From a virus (lineage: Duplodnaviria > Caudoviricetes), in the IMG/VR virus record IMGVR_UViG_3300037312_001875, positions 1 through 64,000 of that record: a DNA stretch of 64,000 nt, one strand, 5' to 3'. The position numbers and the translations under genes are program-made. Below, piece after piece: positions 10,266 to 20,789 of this stretch (within the stretch, counting starts at the first letter, position 1; every line of letters begins with the position of its first letter). Below the pieces are notes generated by a model, which saw only the letters and a list, made by a program, of their open reading frames with translations, had not been told where the DNA came from and did no database searches.

Positions 10266-10532
10266 TTAATCAAAAATAATGTCTTCCCAAAGAATGTGTA
10301 GTAGTTCCGGCCGTATCTCGATGAATTTGATTTCGTTTGCATAGTTTTGCATGTTCGTCAACTGATACTGGGTATCTTCCCGGATTCCGAAATTCTTAAT
10401 GGATAACAATCTCCACTCATTTGCTAGCTTATAATGCATATACACCATCACTTCACACGAATCGCAGTATTTACCGCAGAGATCAACCAGTTCAGTGAAC
10501 CTCATTGGCGTACCTGGTACATAATCCACCAT
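10266..10532 (-). CDS. Hypothetical protein
   Basis: GGAGG SD; first gene of the leftward tailspike operon. Confidence 0.6.
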   Translation of the reverse strand: MVDYVPGTPMRFTELVDLCGKYCDSCEVMVYMHYKLANEWRLLSIKNFGIREDTQYQLTNMQNYANEIKFIEIRPELLHILWEDIIFD

Positions 10533-10559
10533 GCATATCCCTCCTAATCTGTGATTTTA

Positions 10560-10643
10560 CAAGACTTATTACCTATAATTGTAGCATGTTATGAAATCAT
10601 AATCCTGAAAACTTGGTATAATCAAACTAAGACAAATTTCCTA
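10560..10643. promoter_or_regulatory. Two 16-bp dyad boxes in a divergent intergenic region
   Basis: CAAGAC-TTAT-TACCTA at 10560 and TAAGAC-AAAT-TTCCTA at 10628; the latter abuts TAAGGAGG. Confidence 0.55.
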
Positions 10644-10658
10644 TAAGGAGGGAATAGA

Positions 10659-13600
10659 ATGCTGATACCTAACGGTTTGACGTTGCAGATAAAGAACCTT
10701 GAGCTCATCAATCGGGCGCTTGGGGATCAAGTACTCGAACTTAATGAAACGACGTATATAAACTTTCTGACGACCATGCAATTGCGTAAGGCGATTGTCT
10801 TGCATAACAACAAAAAGATTGTCATTCTGACGCCTATCCCACAATCGGTATTGGACTTGTTGGAAGAACCGGAAATTCCTTATGAAGATGACCCCGATCC
10901 GGCAATCAGTTTGTTTTATCGGGATGAATTTTTAAAATACAAAGCAGAAATTGAATCGGACTATGCACTAAAATCTTGGGTCGAGGAACGCATTGTAGAA
11001 GTGAACACGGGGGGAACGGTTGATATCTCCTCTAAGGCGGATAAGACATACGTGGACACGCAGCTTTCTAAGAAAACGGATAAAACCTACGTGGACGCGG
11101 AACTCTCCAAGAAAACGGACAAAGGGTATGTGGATGGTGAAGTAGCGAAAAAGATTGATAAAGCCTATGTGGACAATGCGCTCTCTGCGAAGACCGACAA
11201 GACTTACGTCGATGGCAAACTGGCAGAAAAATCTGATACGACCGTTGTCGAAGCCAAAGCAGATAAAACATATGTCGATAAGGAGTTAGAGCTAAAAGCC
11301 TCCAAAACGTATGTGGAGAACCGTATCATTGAAGTCAATTCAGGCGGCACAATTGATGTCTCCCATCTGGCTCAAAAAACTTATGTGGATACCGAATTAG
11401 AAAAAAAAGCCGATATCTCATATGTGGACAACCAAGTAGCATCTAAATCGATTTATTATGAAGGGGCGACTCCTCCAGAGGATACAAACCTGATTTGGGT
11501 CGATACCAGCGATGAGGACATCGATGAGGTTATGAAGACCGACTTGGGGAATGAAATCAAGAATACAGTCGCTGCTATTAAAACAAAGGTGGATGCGCTT
11601 GAATATGCCTTGGATTATGAACTCGATCCGGGTTATTTCAAAGGGATACGGCCTGGTTCCGATGGAACATCGACAAACACTGATCCCAACGCACCTGATT
11701 TAGGGGATGGCGCAGAAGGAACCGTTGGGCACATCCTCGTCAAAAGAGGGTATAAGGCGGATATTGAAAACCTGCAAGAAGGGGAATTTGGTTTTTGCAT
11801 TGATACGGAGGAGCTGTACATTGGAAACAAAGGAAGGTTGCGTCTGATTGCGAAGGTTGGAGGAACCGGCGGCAGTGGCGGAAGCGGAAATGTGACCGCC
11901 GATTACGTGGAACTAATCTCGGAGAGCGGTAAAAAATACCGATTATCCGTCAATGATGCGGGAGAGCCGATGATTTTAAGCACAGATGCCGCGACCATTA
12001 ATCTTCCTGACCCAGCAGACCCTCTGAGCGCCGGTCGATTCCAAGGTTTGTTTATAAATAAGGTGTATGGCGGCGGTGCGAGGAATACCAACGATACAGT
12101 AGTTTCTCATAGCTTTATAGAATTATACAATTCAACCGAAGCAACGATGAATCTCCGGGGTTTATCCCTTCAATATGGGGAGTACTTACAGCCGTGGAAA
12201 GTACTCGAATTGGAAGGAGAAATTAAGCCATACAGTTCATTTCTTGTAAGGTGCGCACAACATTCCGATCCGTACCGTCGCTCTGTTCGATGCAAAGTAT
12301 TCGACTTTGACATGGGATGGGACATTCCTATTTCGGACAATGGATTTAAGGTGTATCTATGTGTAGGAACAACGGCGTCCACTTATGTTAACCCTGCTAA
12401 TACCGATGGACAAAAGACAAAAGCCCCTGGCTATATCAATTTGTTCGGTGTGGGGGGCGAAGACATCACCCGCCCGATTGACGGATTTGAAAAAGGATTC
12501 CTGCAACTGGTGAATAAAAATCGGATGATTAAACGCAAATATTCCGAGGATGTTATCTTTGCTTTTTCTAATACCGGGGACAATTCATATGATATCGATT
12601 ATGTGGATATGAGAACTGCAGACCTGAATATGTACTCACCTCGTTCCAGCAAATTCGGTCAATGGGATTATGCGTATGACCAGATTCCTTTGGATACATC
12701 AAGCCCGAACGTAATCAGCCTTAGTTTTGGCTACGACGGCGATACGACTCGTACCTTCACATGGCAATCCCAGCCAACTGATAAGGGGTATCTCAAATAT
12801 AAGAGAAAGGGCGATCCTGATTGGATCACCGTCCCTTCGACCAAAAAATTCATTGCTCACCCAGACCATGTGGATGTGACAGTTCATGGAGTGATTGTGA
12901 AAAATTTGGTACCCGGTACCACTTATGTATACAAAGCAGGGTACGAAGGGCATTGGAGCGATGAATATGAACATACGGTCATAGATGCGAGAAGTACAAG
13001 CCGCCCAATCAAAATGGTGTGGACGACCGACCAGCAAAGTTGGAATGGGATGGAGTACACAGCATGGGCAAAAGCCAATGCCTATATCGAGAAAAATGAA
13101 ACCTATGATTTCATCTTGAATAGTGGCGACCGCACCCAAAACGCAAACCGCTCCTTTGAATGGCGTGGTTACTTCGAATCAGCGAAACAAAATTTGGCCA
13201 CCCACGTGGAGATGTCGACGGTTGGAAACAATGACTTGGTAGATAAGCTGTACAGTTATGCGTATTCCTATTACTCAACGATTGAAAACAGCCCATATCC
13301 TTCTGTTTATAGCTGGAATTATGGATATACCCACTTTATTTGTTTAGACTCGAACATCCTGACGGAACCATTGGATCCCACCAAGTTCATTCGAGGAACC
13401 GCTGAACAAATTGAATTCGTTAAAGCAGATATGGCGAAACCGGAAAATCAAAAACGATGGGTAGTTGCGTTCATGCATGAATCCAGCTATACCATTGTAA
13501 GGGCGAAGAAGTGTGAACCGTTTATTGCTGCTCTTTATGATGCGGGAGTGGATGTCGTATTATGCGGTCACCATCATTGTTACACTCGTTCTTATCGAAT

Positions 13601-13904
13601 GGGTAAACTCAACGGCACAAAGGATGTTATTGATGATGCCAATGGCGTTTACTGGTTAATGATGCAGGCGACTGGCTATAAGTTAAGCGGGAAAACAGCT
13701 CCAGCCACAGTTGCCCCTTGGAGAGCGGTTTATGAAAAACCGGGTGATCCTTGCTATGGGACGCTCACGTTTTCTTGGGATAAGATTGAATACCATGCAT
13801 ATCGCCTGACAAACATCATGCCGCTCATCGATAACGTAGGCAAGGAAGTGGTTCCGATTGAGTTCGATTCGTTGACCATCCTTCCAAAGGCGAATAGACG
13901 ATAG
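10659..13904 (+). CDS. Multidomain virion protein: putative head-docking domain, KxDKTYVD stalk, Mtd_N-like, lamin-tail domain, FN3, metallophosphoesterase
   Basis: 13-aa KADKTYVD repeats; KRG...LQEGEFGFCIDTEELYIG; LFINKVYGGG...FIELYN; TDQQ, GDRTQ, GNND, FMH and GHHH phosphoesterase motifs. Confidence 0.75.
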   Translation: MLIPNGLTLQIKNLELINRALGDQVLELNETTYINFLTTMQLRKAIVLHNNKKIVILTPIPQSVLDLLEEPEIPYEDDPDPAISLFYRDEFLKYKAEIESDYALKSWVEERIVEVNTGGTVDISSKADKTYVDTQLSKKTDKTYVDAELSKKTDKGYVDGEVAKKIDKAYVDNALSAKTDKTYVDGKLAEKSDTTVVEAKADKTYVDKELELKASKTYVENRIIEVNSGGTIDVSHLAQKTYVDTELEKKADISYVDNQVASKSIYYEGATPPEDTNLIWVDTSDEDIDEVMKTDLGNEIKNTVAAIKTKVDALEYALDYELDPGYFKGIRPGSDGTSTNTDPNAPDLGDGAEGTVGHILVKRGYKADIENLQEGEFGFCIDTEELYIGNKGRLRLIAKVGGTGGSGGSGNVTADYVELISESGKKYRLSVNDAGEPMILSTDAATINLPDPADPLSAGRFQGLFINKVYGGGARNTNDTVVSHSFIELYNSTEATMNLRGLSLQYGEYLQPWKVLELEGEIKPYSSFLVRCAQHSDPYRRSVRCKVFDFDMGWDIPISDNGFKVYLCVGTTASTYVNPANTDGQKTKAPGYINLFGVGGEDITRPIDGFEKGFLQLVNKNRMIKRKYSEDVIFAFSNTGDNSYDIDYVDMRTADLNMYSPRSSKFGQWDYAYDQIPLDTSSPNVISLSFGYDGDTTRTFTWQSQPTDKGYLKYKRKGDPDWITVPSTKKFIAHPDHVDVTVHGVIVKNLVPGTTYVYKAGYEGHWSDEYEHTVIDARSTSRPIKMVWTTDQQSWNGMEYTAWAKANAYIEKNETYDFILNSGDRTQNANRSFEWRGYFESAKQNLATHVEMSTVGNNDLVDKLYSYAYSYYSTIENSPYPSVYSWNYGYTHFICLDSNILTEPLDPTKFIRGTAEQIEFVKADMAKPENQKRWVVAFMHESSYTIVRAKKCEPFIAALYDAGVDVVLCGHHHCYTRSYRMGKLNGTKDVIDDANGVYWLMMQATGYKLSGKTAPATVAPWRAVYEKPGDPCYGTLTFSWDKIEYHAYRLTNIMPLIDNVGKEVVPIEFDSLTILPKANRR

Positions 13905-13915
13905 GAGGAGAGTAC

Positions 13916-16900
13916 ATGTCGATTAAAGTCTTTAATAAAGAGAAAAAGGAATGGGAAAAGAAAACGTCTATGTTGGCCAATAACCTGAAGTTTGAAGATG
14001 TAGAAGGGAACTTCGAATCGGAGAACGTAGGAGGAGCCTTCAAGGAAGTAGCTGAATCCATTAAAACGATAAAGAACGATGTAAAGTACATCTATGAAAA
14101 CGGAACAATCGGCGGCGGCAGCGGCGGTGGAGGCGGAGGAGCTTCCACTCCTGTCGTAACCATTGACGGAGCAACAGATTATCTCGTTAATTCGGATGAG
14201 ACGCTAGATATCTACTATTATTTTACTTCTCCGAATCCAGGTAACGGAGAAGCCAACCTGACATGGGGCAGCAAAATCGAAAAACCGACCATTCCGCAAG
14301 GACGAAACAAATGGACAGTTGGTCCGTTTCCTCGAGGAACACATAACCTGACAATTACAGTCTTAGATAAACAAGGTTTTTTTAGTACACCTGTTACTGT
14401 TAAGGTTATCTCGGGTTCCCTTGCTATTACGTCTCCTTTTAGCGATAGCAAGGATTTCACACTGAATGATGACATCGCCATCCCCTATACGGTTCTCACA
14501 GAAGTAAATGAATCCGTCTTGTTGGAATATACATTCAACGGAGTGACAACAACCGTTGGTGCTAATATTGGGGACAATGTACTGAATCTCGGGAAACTTC
14601 CTTTCATGGGGATCAGCTCATTGCGGATGAAGGTTAAAAATACTAAATATACCTCTAATGAACTGAAATATACGTTGGTAGCGACCGACTCATTGAACCT
14701 ATTCATGAGTACGAGCTGGGATAAGCCAACCATAGACGTCGGTAAGAACATTCAGCTCGACTACCGAATTTCGATGAAGGGGCAATACTCTTTCAATACC
14801 GACTACTATATAGATGGAGTCCTACTGACAACAGCGAAAACTTTCCCAGGTGTAAACTTCTGGAACGTGGGAACGAACATGAGTAAGGGACCGCATACCT
14901 TTAAAATCGTAACCACGACCGTTGACGGTGCCCACACTGCCGAATTGACGATTAACCTAGAAGTCGTTACTTCTGGTTATGAGCCTTATCAACCGGTGCG
15001 AACTGGCCTAATAGCGGAATTTGATGCTACAGGTAAAATCAATAACAGTTCAACCCAGGCGAAATGGGAGGATACAAGCGGAAAAGGAGTCACATGTAAC
15101 CTATATAACTTCAACTATTTCTCGAATGGATGGATCGATAATACACTGGTTTGCTCTGGTAAGTCCTATGCAGAAATCAATCTACAGCCGTTCCTTCAAG
15201 GGATAAAGAACGGTTTCACGCTTGATGTCCTGTGCAAGATCAAAAATGTTGGGGATGTGGAAGCGAGGGTACTTAGCTGTAAGGCGCCACTCACTCCTTT
15301 CCAAGGTTTTGAAATTACACCGTCTTCCGCTTCCATAGCCACTAAACGAAGTGAAATGGTGAGTGTTCAATTGCAAGATGACACTTGGACGAAAATTACG
15401 TATGTGGTGAATCGAACCGACCGATTGATGACGATTTATGAAAATGGAGTTATCTCGGCTGTTACCTATTTACAGCCAAATGATATTAACCTAGAAAACT
15501 ATCAAGATGAATTCACCTTTGATGGCAAGATTTATGTGGGTGCTAGAAAAGATCCTGACGGGAAAATGGTCAACTTCTCTGTTTCAGCCGTCAAAAACAT
15601 CCGTGTTTACGACCGTGCCTTGACGGATGCCGATGTTTTAACCAACTACATCGCGGACTTTAAGGATGAAACCGAACAAACAGCGTTACGTGACTTGAAT
15701 TCGAATGATGAAGGGATGCCGAAGATCACCTTTACCGGTAAGTTTGACGGGATGGATGAAAACTCAGAACGTCAGGCGCAAATCTCCTATGAAGACCCGA
15801 AAAACCCTAACAAGCGTTTTGTTAAAGACTTCTGCTGGGTCAGCTGGCAGGGGACGTCCTCCAAAAACTATCCGGTAAAAAACTGGACAATCAAGTTGAT
15901 GGATGGAGCCGTACCAACCACCAACTATGCACCGAAGGATGAGTGGAGGCCGGAGAGTCGTTGGACATTAAAGGCAAACTTCATGGATAGTTCCAATGCC
16001 AATAACGTTGGCACCAACAAATTTATCTATGATTTCTTCAAGCCATATCCATATCCGAACCAGGTAAAAGATCCAACAACCCGGATGAACGTAGATGGAT
16101 TCCCTGTACGTCTTATCATGAATGGGCAGGACATGGGGATTTACACATGGAACATTGACCGTTATGCCAACAATAACTATGGATTTGAAACGTTCAATGC
16201 CGATGGAACCATCAGCCGACACCCAAATGCGGTCTCTTATGAGGTTGCCGTAAACGGAACTTCCGGTGCTGCCGCGTTCATGGACGATTCATGGGATAGT
16301 GTTCGGTCCGAATTTAAGAGCCGTTATAACTATCGTGGTGAAGAATCCGCCGTGACGGAAACGGTACTCGTTGATGGTATTGGCACCAAAGTTTTGAAGA
16401 CGGGTTCTCATAATGAATTGCAGACCTTGGTGACATGGGTTAAAAACAGCACTGACGACACCTTCCGTTCCGAGTTGGAACAGCATTTTAGCAAACGTCA
16501 CCTGATTGACTATTATTTGATTGCGTATGTACTGGGGATGGTTGATAACTTAGGGAAAAACATGGTATTGTCCACTTGGGGTAAAAACAATGAAGGAAAC
16601 ACCATTTGGTATCCGTCCTTTTACGACTGTGACTCTTTATTCGGTTTGAACAACTCAGGAATCATTGCCTTCGATGCAGGTCTTGATATGGATAAAGGGG
16701 ATTACAATACATCTCGAAGCAATTTGTGGGTGAAATTAAACCGCATGTTCGGAAATGAAATTTCGGAACGCTATAAGGAGCTCCGCCAAAACAGAACGAT
16801 AGATGGAAAAGATGCACCGCCGATTTTCAGTTATGAGAATATCACTTCTTATGTCATGGATGAAGTTATTGATGGGATCGGCCAAAAATACTATAACCAA

Positions 16901-19900
16901 GATGCCCGCATCAAGTATTTGAACGAAGCAGGTTTACAATGGTTATATGCGTGTAACGGTTCGAGAAAGGAATTTACGGAAAGATGGCTGAAGGAACGCT
17001 TTATTTATATGGACAGCGTTTTTGGATTCAATCAGGAAGTAAATAATAACGCCGTTATTCGTTCCTATAAGAGAGGACAACTTACTCTGAAAGTAAAAAC
17101 CTACTCTCCTCAATGGATTCAAATCCGTTTCTCGGATGCCACCAATGACATCATGAGAAAGTATTGTGATAAGGATGAATGGACCGAGTTCTCGATGTAC
17201 GTTGATAATGGTACAGATAACAATATGACGGTCTATGGATGCAGCAACGTTATGTATCTCGATGGATTGAAGGATTTGGACGTTCGTTCGCTCAACCTTG
17301 GTAATGCTAGAAAACTCGTTGAGCTGGACATCAGCAATTCCACAAGGATTCAGTCCATTTCACTCGGACAAAACGAATATCTGCAAAAAGTTTTGGTCAA
17401 CGGATGTACTAACTTAGGTTATCAGGTTGATGATAAAACATTGGATCTATCCCGATGTACGACACTGAAAGAAATCGATGCCAGCAATACTCATATTGCG
17501 AACGTCGTCTTTAACCAAACGGGTGGGGTAATCGAGAAATTAAATTTATCGAATACCGATATCACCGCCTTCAAGATTAACGGTCAGGAATATCTGCCAG
17601 TGATTTCTTTAGATGGATGCTTATCGTTGGCTGAACTAACCATCACGAATTGTAACGGACTTCAAACCGTGACAATGGCGAACACCAAACTCGCAAGTGT
17701 CGTCATCAATGGTTGCGATAATCTGACCTATATTGACGTTTCTAATACCAAGTCACTGCGAGCGTTGGATTTAAGCGGATGTCCGAACTTGCTGACATTA
17801 AAGATGGCAGGTGTCTCGAATCCGAGTATCACGGATCTCGATTTGACTTATTCTCTGAAATTGCAAGAATTGGATATTAGTTCGACCAACTATATCTCGA
17901 ATGTCACGTTCGGTCAGTATACCGAAGGCGGAGTATTGAAGAATTACAATGCGCTCAAAATTTTCAGATGCGATAACTCTGCCATCAAATCGATTAAGTA
18001 TGGAAAAGCATCCCTTGCTCCGACTTACATGGATTTGGGAGGATTAAGTTTAACGTATCTTAGTTTCACCGGCTGTTCGAGTGTAACGGATATTCGAAAC
18101 ATTAATCTCGTTTCCACTAATGAGGATCCGTTCAACAACTGTACGAACCTTACCTCCATTCAAGGAACGGTTAAACTAGTTGGCAGCACAAGCCGTGCGT
18201 TCTTCGGATGCGGCAATTTAACGGTACTACCTACTTTGGATTTATCGGAAATGTCCAGTATGTCCGAAACGTTTTTAGGATGTGTGAAATTAACAATGGC
18301 AAGCCTCACTCAGATTTTAGTGAACTCAGGAATCACGAGCAAGTTCACCTATGCTTGGAAGGCTTTTGGTGGATGTACTGGAATTACCGGACCTTTGCCT
18401 AGCAATCTATTTAGTAAATGCACAGGAATGGGGAACCTTCAGGAATTCTTCACTGGATGTACTGGGATAAACGGAACATTGCCTGCTGGGTTAATGCAAC
18501 CTATGACGGTTTTAACGAATGCCAGTTATTTATTTTCAGGCACTAGTATTACCGGAGAAGTTCCGATGGACTTCCTTCGTTACAACACGAAATTAACTGA
18601 AGTCGGTAGGATGTTTAATGGCACGAAAGTTACGTATGCTTATTTGGATAATCTCTTCTATTACAATACAGCATTAAACGGTGCCTACGGGATGTTTGCA
18701 GGCTGTACTTCATTACAATTGACGCCGACAGAAAATATGTTTTTAATGAATAAACAGCTTACATCGGTAGGGCAATTCTTTAACGGATGTTCAGGTGTTG
18801 TTGGTCAAATCCCAAGAGGAATATTCAACAACATCGGAGGAAGCAATTCCACCTCCAATAACTTAAACAACGTGGAATGGTTCTTTGCGGGAACCTCCAT
18901 AAGTGGAGAAATCCCGGCTTATGTGTCTGATTCTGACAAAGGAATGCTAGATAAAAGTCCTAATTTAGATTCAGCGCAATATTTGTTCCAGAATTGTACT
19001 GGTTTAACAGGTTCCATTCCGACCGATTTCTTGAAAAACAACAAAAAATTAACCAAAATAGCTGGTTTATTTTATGGATGCAATGGTTTGACTGGAGTAA
19101 TTCCGCCGAATTTATTAAAAGGGAAAACAGAAGTATGGACCATTGCTCAGTTGTTTAGAGGATGTAATAAACTATCAGGAAACATCCCTATCGGATTTTT
19201 AGATGACAATACGAAATTGACGGATGTTCAAGAAATGTTCTACGGATGCAGTGGCTTAACAGGAGAGATTCCAAAACGGATTTCTACTTGGAGCAAGGCA
19301 CCTAGTCCACTAGACCCGAATATTCTAATTGATGTCGAAAATGTCACTCAGTATGGCTTGTTTGATAAATGTACAAATCTCGTGAACATGTCGGCTGTTT
19401 TTTACCAATGTAAACAATTACGTTCGGAGATTCCACCTACCTTGTTCATGAACGCTTCTAAAGTAGTGAATATGTCGAGCATGTTTTACCAGTGCTATTA
19501 TTTATACGGACCACTTGATAAGGATTTATTTATAAATTGTCGGGCAGTCCAAAATATGAATAATATGTTCCAGGATTGTGTAGGATTAAATAATCCTGAA
19601 CTCGATGTCGACCGACCATACGCCTTGCCGGTGGAATTATTCCAAAACTGTTTTAACCTCACAACCGTTAGTTATATGTTCAGTATGGTCACCGTTGGCA
19701 ATCCGAACCCTAGCCGTTTAAATGGGGCATTGCCGACGAACTTGTTCTCAAACTGTACGAAGCTTACCAATATTGATGGATTTATGTATGGTTGTGGACA
19801 GATTACAGGTGCTTTAGAAAGTGATCTGTTCCGTATGAACACAAGACTCGCGAATGCTTTTTATGCTTTCAATGGTACAGGAATCACTTCCATCGGAAGT

Positions 19901-20089
19901 CAATTGTTCTTCACTTGTACGGTGCTCAAGAACCTATCCTTCACGTTTGCAAGCTGTACCTCTCTTCGTGGAGCGGTTCCAGAATACTGGCTGGAGTCCT
20001 GCCCAGTCAAAGCGACTACGTTTGCTGCTTGTTACCGTGGCGACACCGCGGTCACCAACTATGCTACAATTCTTGCAGGATGGAAATAA
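13916..20089 (+). CDS. Giant protein: fibre adaptor, LamG, CotH-like kinase, LRR and BspA/DUF285-type repeats
   Basis: NFESENVGGAFKEV adaptor motif; LamG (IRVYDRALTDADV); QGTSS.NYP.KN, DNLGKNM and YDCDSLFG CotH-like motifs; LDLSGCPNL LRRs; F.GCT.LTG.IP..LF repeats. Confidence 0.75.
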   Translation: MSIKVFNKEKKEWEKKTSMLANNLKFEDVEGNFESENVGGAFKEVAESIKTIKNDVKYIYENGTIGGGSGGGGGGASTPVVTIDGATDYLVNSDETLDIYYYFTSPNPGNGEANLTWGSKIEKPTIPQGRNKWTVGPFPRGTHNLTITVLDKQGFFSTPVTVKVISGSLAITSPFSDSKDFTLNDDIAIPYTVLTEVNESVLLEYTFNGVTTTVGANIGDNVLNLGKLPFMGISSLRMKVKNTKYTSNELKYTLVATDSLNLFMSTSWDKPTIDVGKNIQLDYRISMKGQYSFNTDYYIDGVLLTTAKTFPGVNFWNVGTNMSKGPHTFKIVTTTVDGAHTAELTINLEVVTSGYEPYQPVRTGLIAEFDATGKINNSSTQAKWEDTSGKGVTCNLYNFNYFSNGWIDNTLVCSGKSYAEINLQPFLQGIKNGFTLDVLCKIKNVGDVEARVLSCKAPLTPFQGFEITPSSASIATKRSEMVSVQLQDDTWTKITYVVNRTDRLMTIYENGVISAVTYLQPNDINLENYQDEFTFDGKIYVGARKDPDGKMVNFSVSAVKNIRVYDRALTDADVLTNYIADFKDETEQTALRDLNSNDEGMPKITFTGKFDGMDENSERQAQISYEDPKNPNKRFVKDFCWVSWQGTSSKNYPVKNWTIKLMDGAVPTTNYAPKDEWRPESRWTLKANFMDSSNANNVGTNKFIYDFFKPYPYPNQVKDPTTRMNVDGFPVRLIMNGQDMGIYTWNIDRYANNNYGFETFNADGTISRHPNAVSYEVAVNGTSGAAAFMDDSWDSVRSEFKSRYNYRGEESAVTETVLVDGIGTKVLKTGSHNELQTLVTWVKNSTDDTFRSELEQHFSKRHLIDYYLIAYVLGMVDNLGKNMVLSTWGKNNEGNTIWYPSFYDCDSLFGLNNSGIIAFDAGLDMDKGDYNTSRSNLWVKLNRMFGNEISERYKELRQNRTIDGKDAPPIFSYENITSYVMDEVIDGIGQKYYNQDARIKYLNEAGLQWLYACNGSRKEFTERWLKERFIYMDSVFGFNQEVNNNAVIRSYKRGQLTLKVKTYSPQWIQIRFSDATNDIMRKYCDKDEWTEFSMYVDNGTDNNMTVYGCSNVMYLDGLKDLDVRSLNLGNARKLVELDISNSTRIQSISLGQNEYLQKVLVNGCTNLGYQVDDKTLDLSRCTTLKEIDASNTHIANVVFNQTGGVIEKLNLSNTDITAFKINGQEYLPVISLDGCLSLAELTITNCNGLQTVTMANTKLASVVINGCDNLTYIDVSNTKSLRALDLSGCPNLLTLKMAGVSNPSITDLDLTYSLKLQELDISSTNYISNVTFGQYTEGGVLKNYNALKIFRCDNSAIKSIKYGKASLAPTYMDLGGLSLTYLSFTGCSSVTDIRNINLVSTNEDPFNNCTNLTSIQGTVKLVGSTSRAFFGCGNLTVLPTLDLSEMSSMSETFLGCVKLTMASLTQILVNSGITSKFTYAWKAFGGCTGITGPLPSNLFSKCTGMGNLQEFFTGCTGINGTLPAGLMQPMTVLTNASYLFSGTSITGEVPMDFLRYNTKLTEVGRMFNGTKVTYAYLDNLFYYNTALNGAYGMFAGCTSLQLTPTENMFLMNKQLTSVGQFFNGCSGVVGQIPRGIFNNIGGSNSTSNNLNNVEWFFAGTSISGEIPAYVSDSDKGMLDKSPNLDSAQYLFQNCTGLTGSIPTDFLKNNKKLTKIAGLFYGCNGLTGVIPPNLLKGKTEVWTIAQLFRGCNKLSGNIPIGFLDDNTKLTDVQEMFYGCSGLTGEIPKRISTWSKAPSPLDPNILIDVENVTQYGLFDKCTNLVNMSAVFYQCKQLRSEIPPTLFMNASKVVNMSSMFYQCYYLYGPLDKDLFINCRAVQNMNNMFQDCVGLNNPELDVDRPYALPVELFQNCFNLTTVSYMFSMVTVGNPNPSRLNGALPTNLFSNCTKLTNIDGFMYGCGQITGALESDLFRMNTRLANAFYAFNGTGITSIGSQLFFTCTVLKNLSFTFASCTSLRGAVPEYWLESCPVKATTFAACYRGDTAVTNYATILAGWK

Positions 20090-20121
20090 AAAAGGAGATC
20101 CCTTCGGGGATCTCTTTTTTT
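20089..20121 (+). terminator. Intrinsic terminator
   Basis: AAAAGGAGATCCC-TTC-GGGATCTCTTTTTTT. Confidence 0.75.
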
Positions 20122-20305
20122 ATACAATTATGCATTTAGTATATTATTAAACTGCACAAATAGAAAACTATCACTTTACTTAAAGGTCCCTTTACATAAT
20201 GTTCCTCAATACGTGATTCTGCGAAAAAAAATATCGAATTGGTCTATTTCAAACAAAATTCCCTCAACATTTCCCAGTTTCATATAAAAAAGATGACATA
20301 ATGAA

Positions 20306-20342
20306 TAGCACAAAAGTCCCACAAGGTAGGTAAAATAACCTA
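20306..20342. promoter_or_regulatory. Tandem 16-bp dyad boxes
   Basis: TAGCAC-AAAA-GTCCCA at 20306 and TAGGTA-AAAT-AACCTA at 20327. Confidence 0.55.
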
Positions 20343-20384
20343 TAATGAATGTAAGTTTGTATTTATAAAGGAGGAATTGTAATC

Positions 20385-20789
20385 ATGGCCGGTTCAATGA
20401 CAGATTACTTAGAAAATAAGATTCTCGAACATTCATTAGGAAAAACTTCTTTCTCTATGCCTGCTGGATGCTATATCGCATTATTCACAGCGTCTCCAAC
20501 AGATGCAGGCGGAGGTACAGAAGTATCGACTGCATCTACAGGTTATGCTCGTCAGCAAGTATTAGCTGCTGGTTGGGGTTCTGCTACAGGCGGATCCATC
20601 ACAAATGCGGCTGACATCACGTTTCCGGTTGCGACAGCTTCTTGGAACACGATTACTGCCATTGGCATTTTTGATGCGGTATCAGGTGGCAACATGCTTT
20701 GGTGGGGAACACTTGGGACTTCTAAAGCAATTGCTCAGAACGACCAGTTCAAAATTGCTGCTTCTAACTTAACAATCACACTAGACTAA
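20385..20789 (+). CDS. Phage tail-fibre-associated structural protein
   Basis: MTDYLENKILEH...YIALFTASPTDAGGGTEVS...YARQ...ITFPVAT..W..I...GIFDA.SGGNML; a widespread phage family. Confidence 0.7.
   Translation: MAGSMTDYLENKILEHSLGKTSFSMPAGCYIALFTASPTDAGGGTEVSTASTGYARQQVLAAGWGSATGGSITNAADITFPVATASWNTITAIGIFDAVSGGNMLWWGTLGTSKAIAQNDQFKIAASNLTITLD

Noticed and set aside
11030-11440. DNA repeat array
   Set aside because: Degenerate at the DNA level and fully explained by the KxDKTYVD protein stalk repeats.
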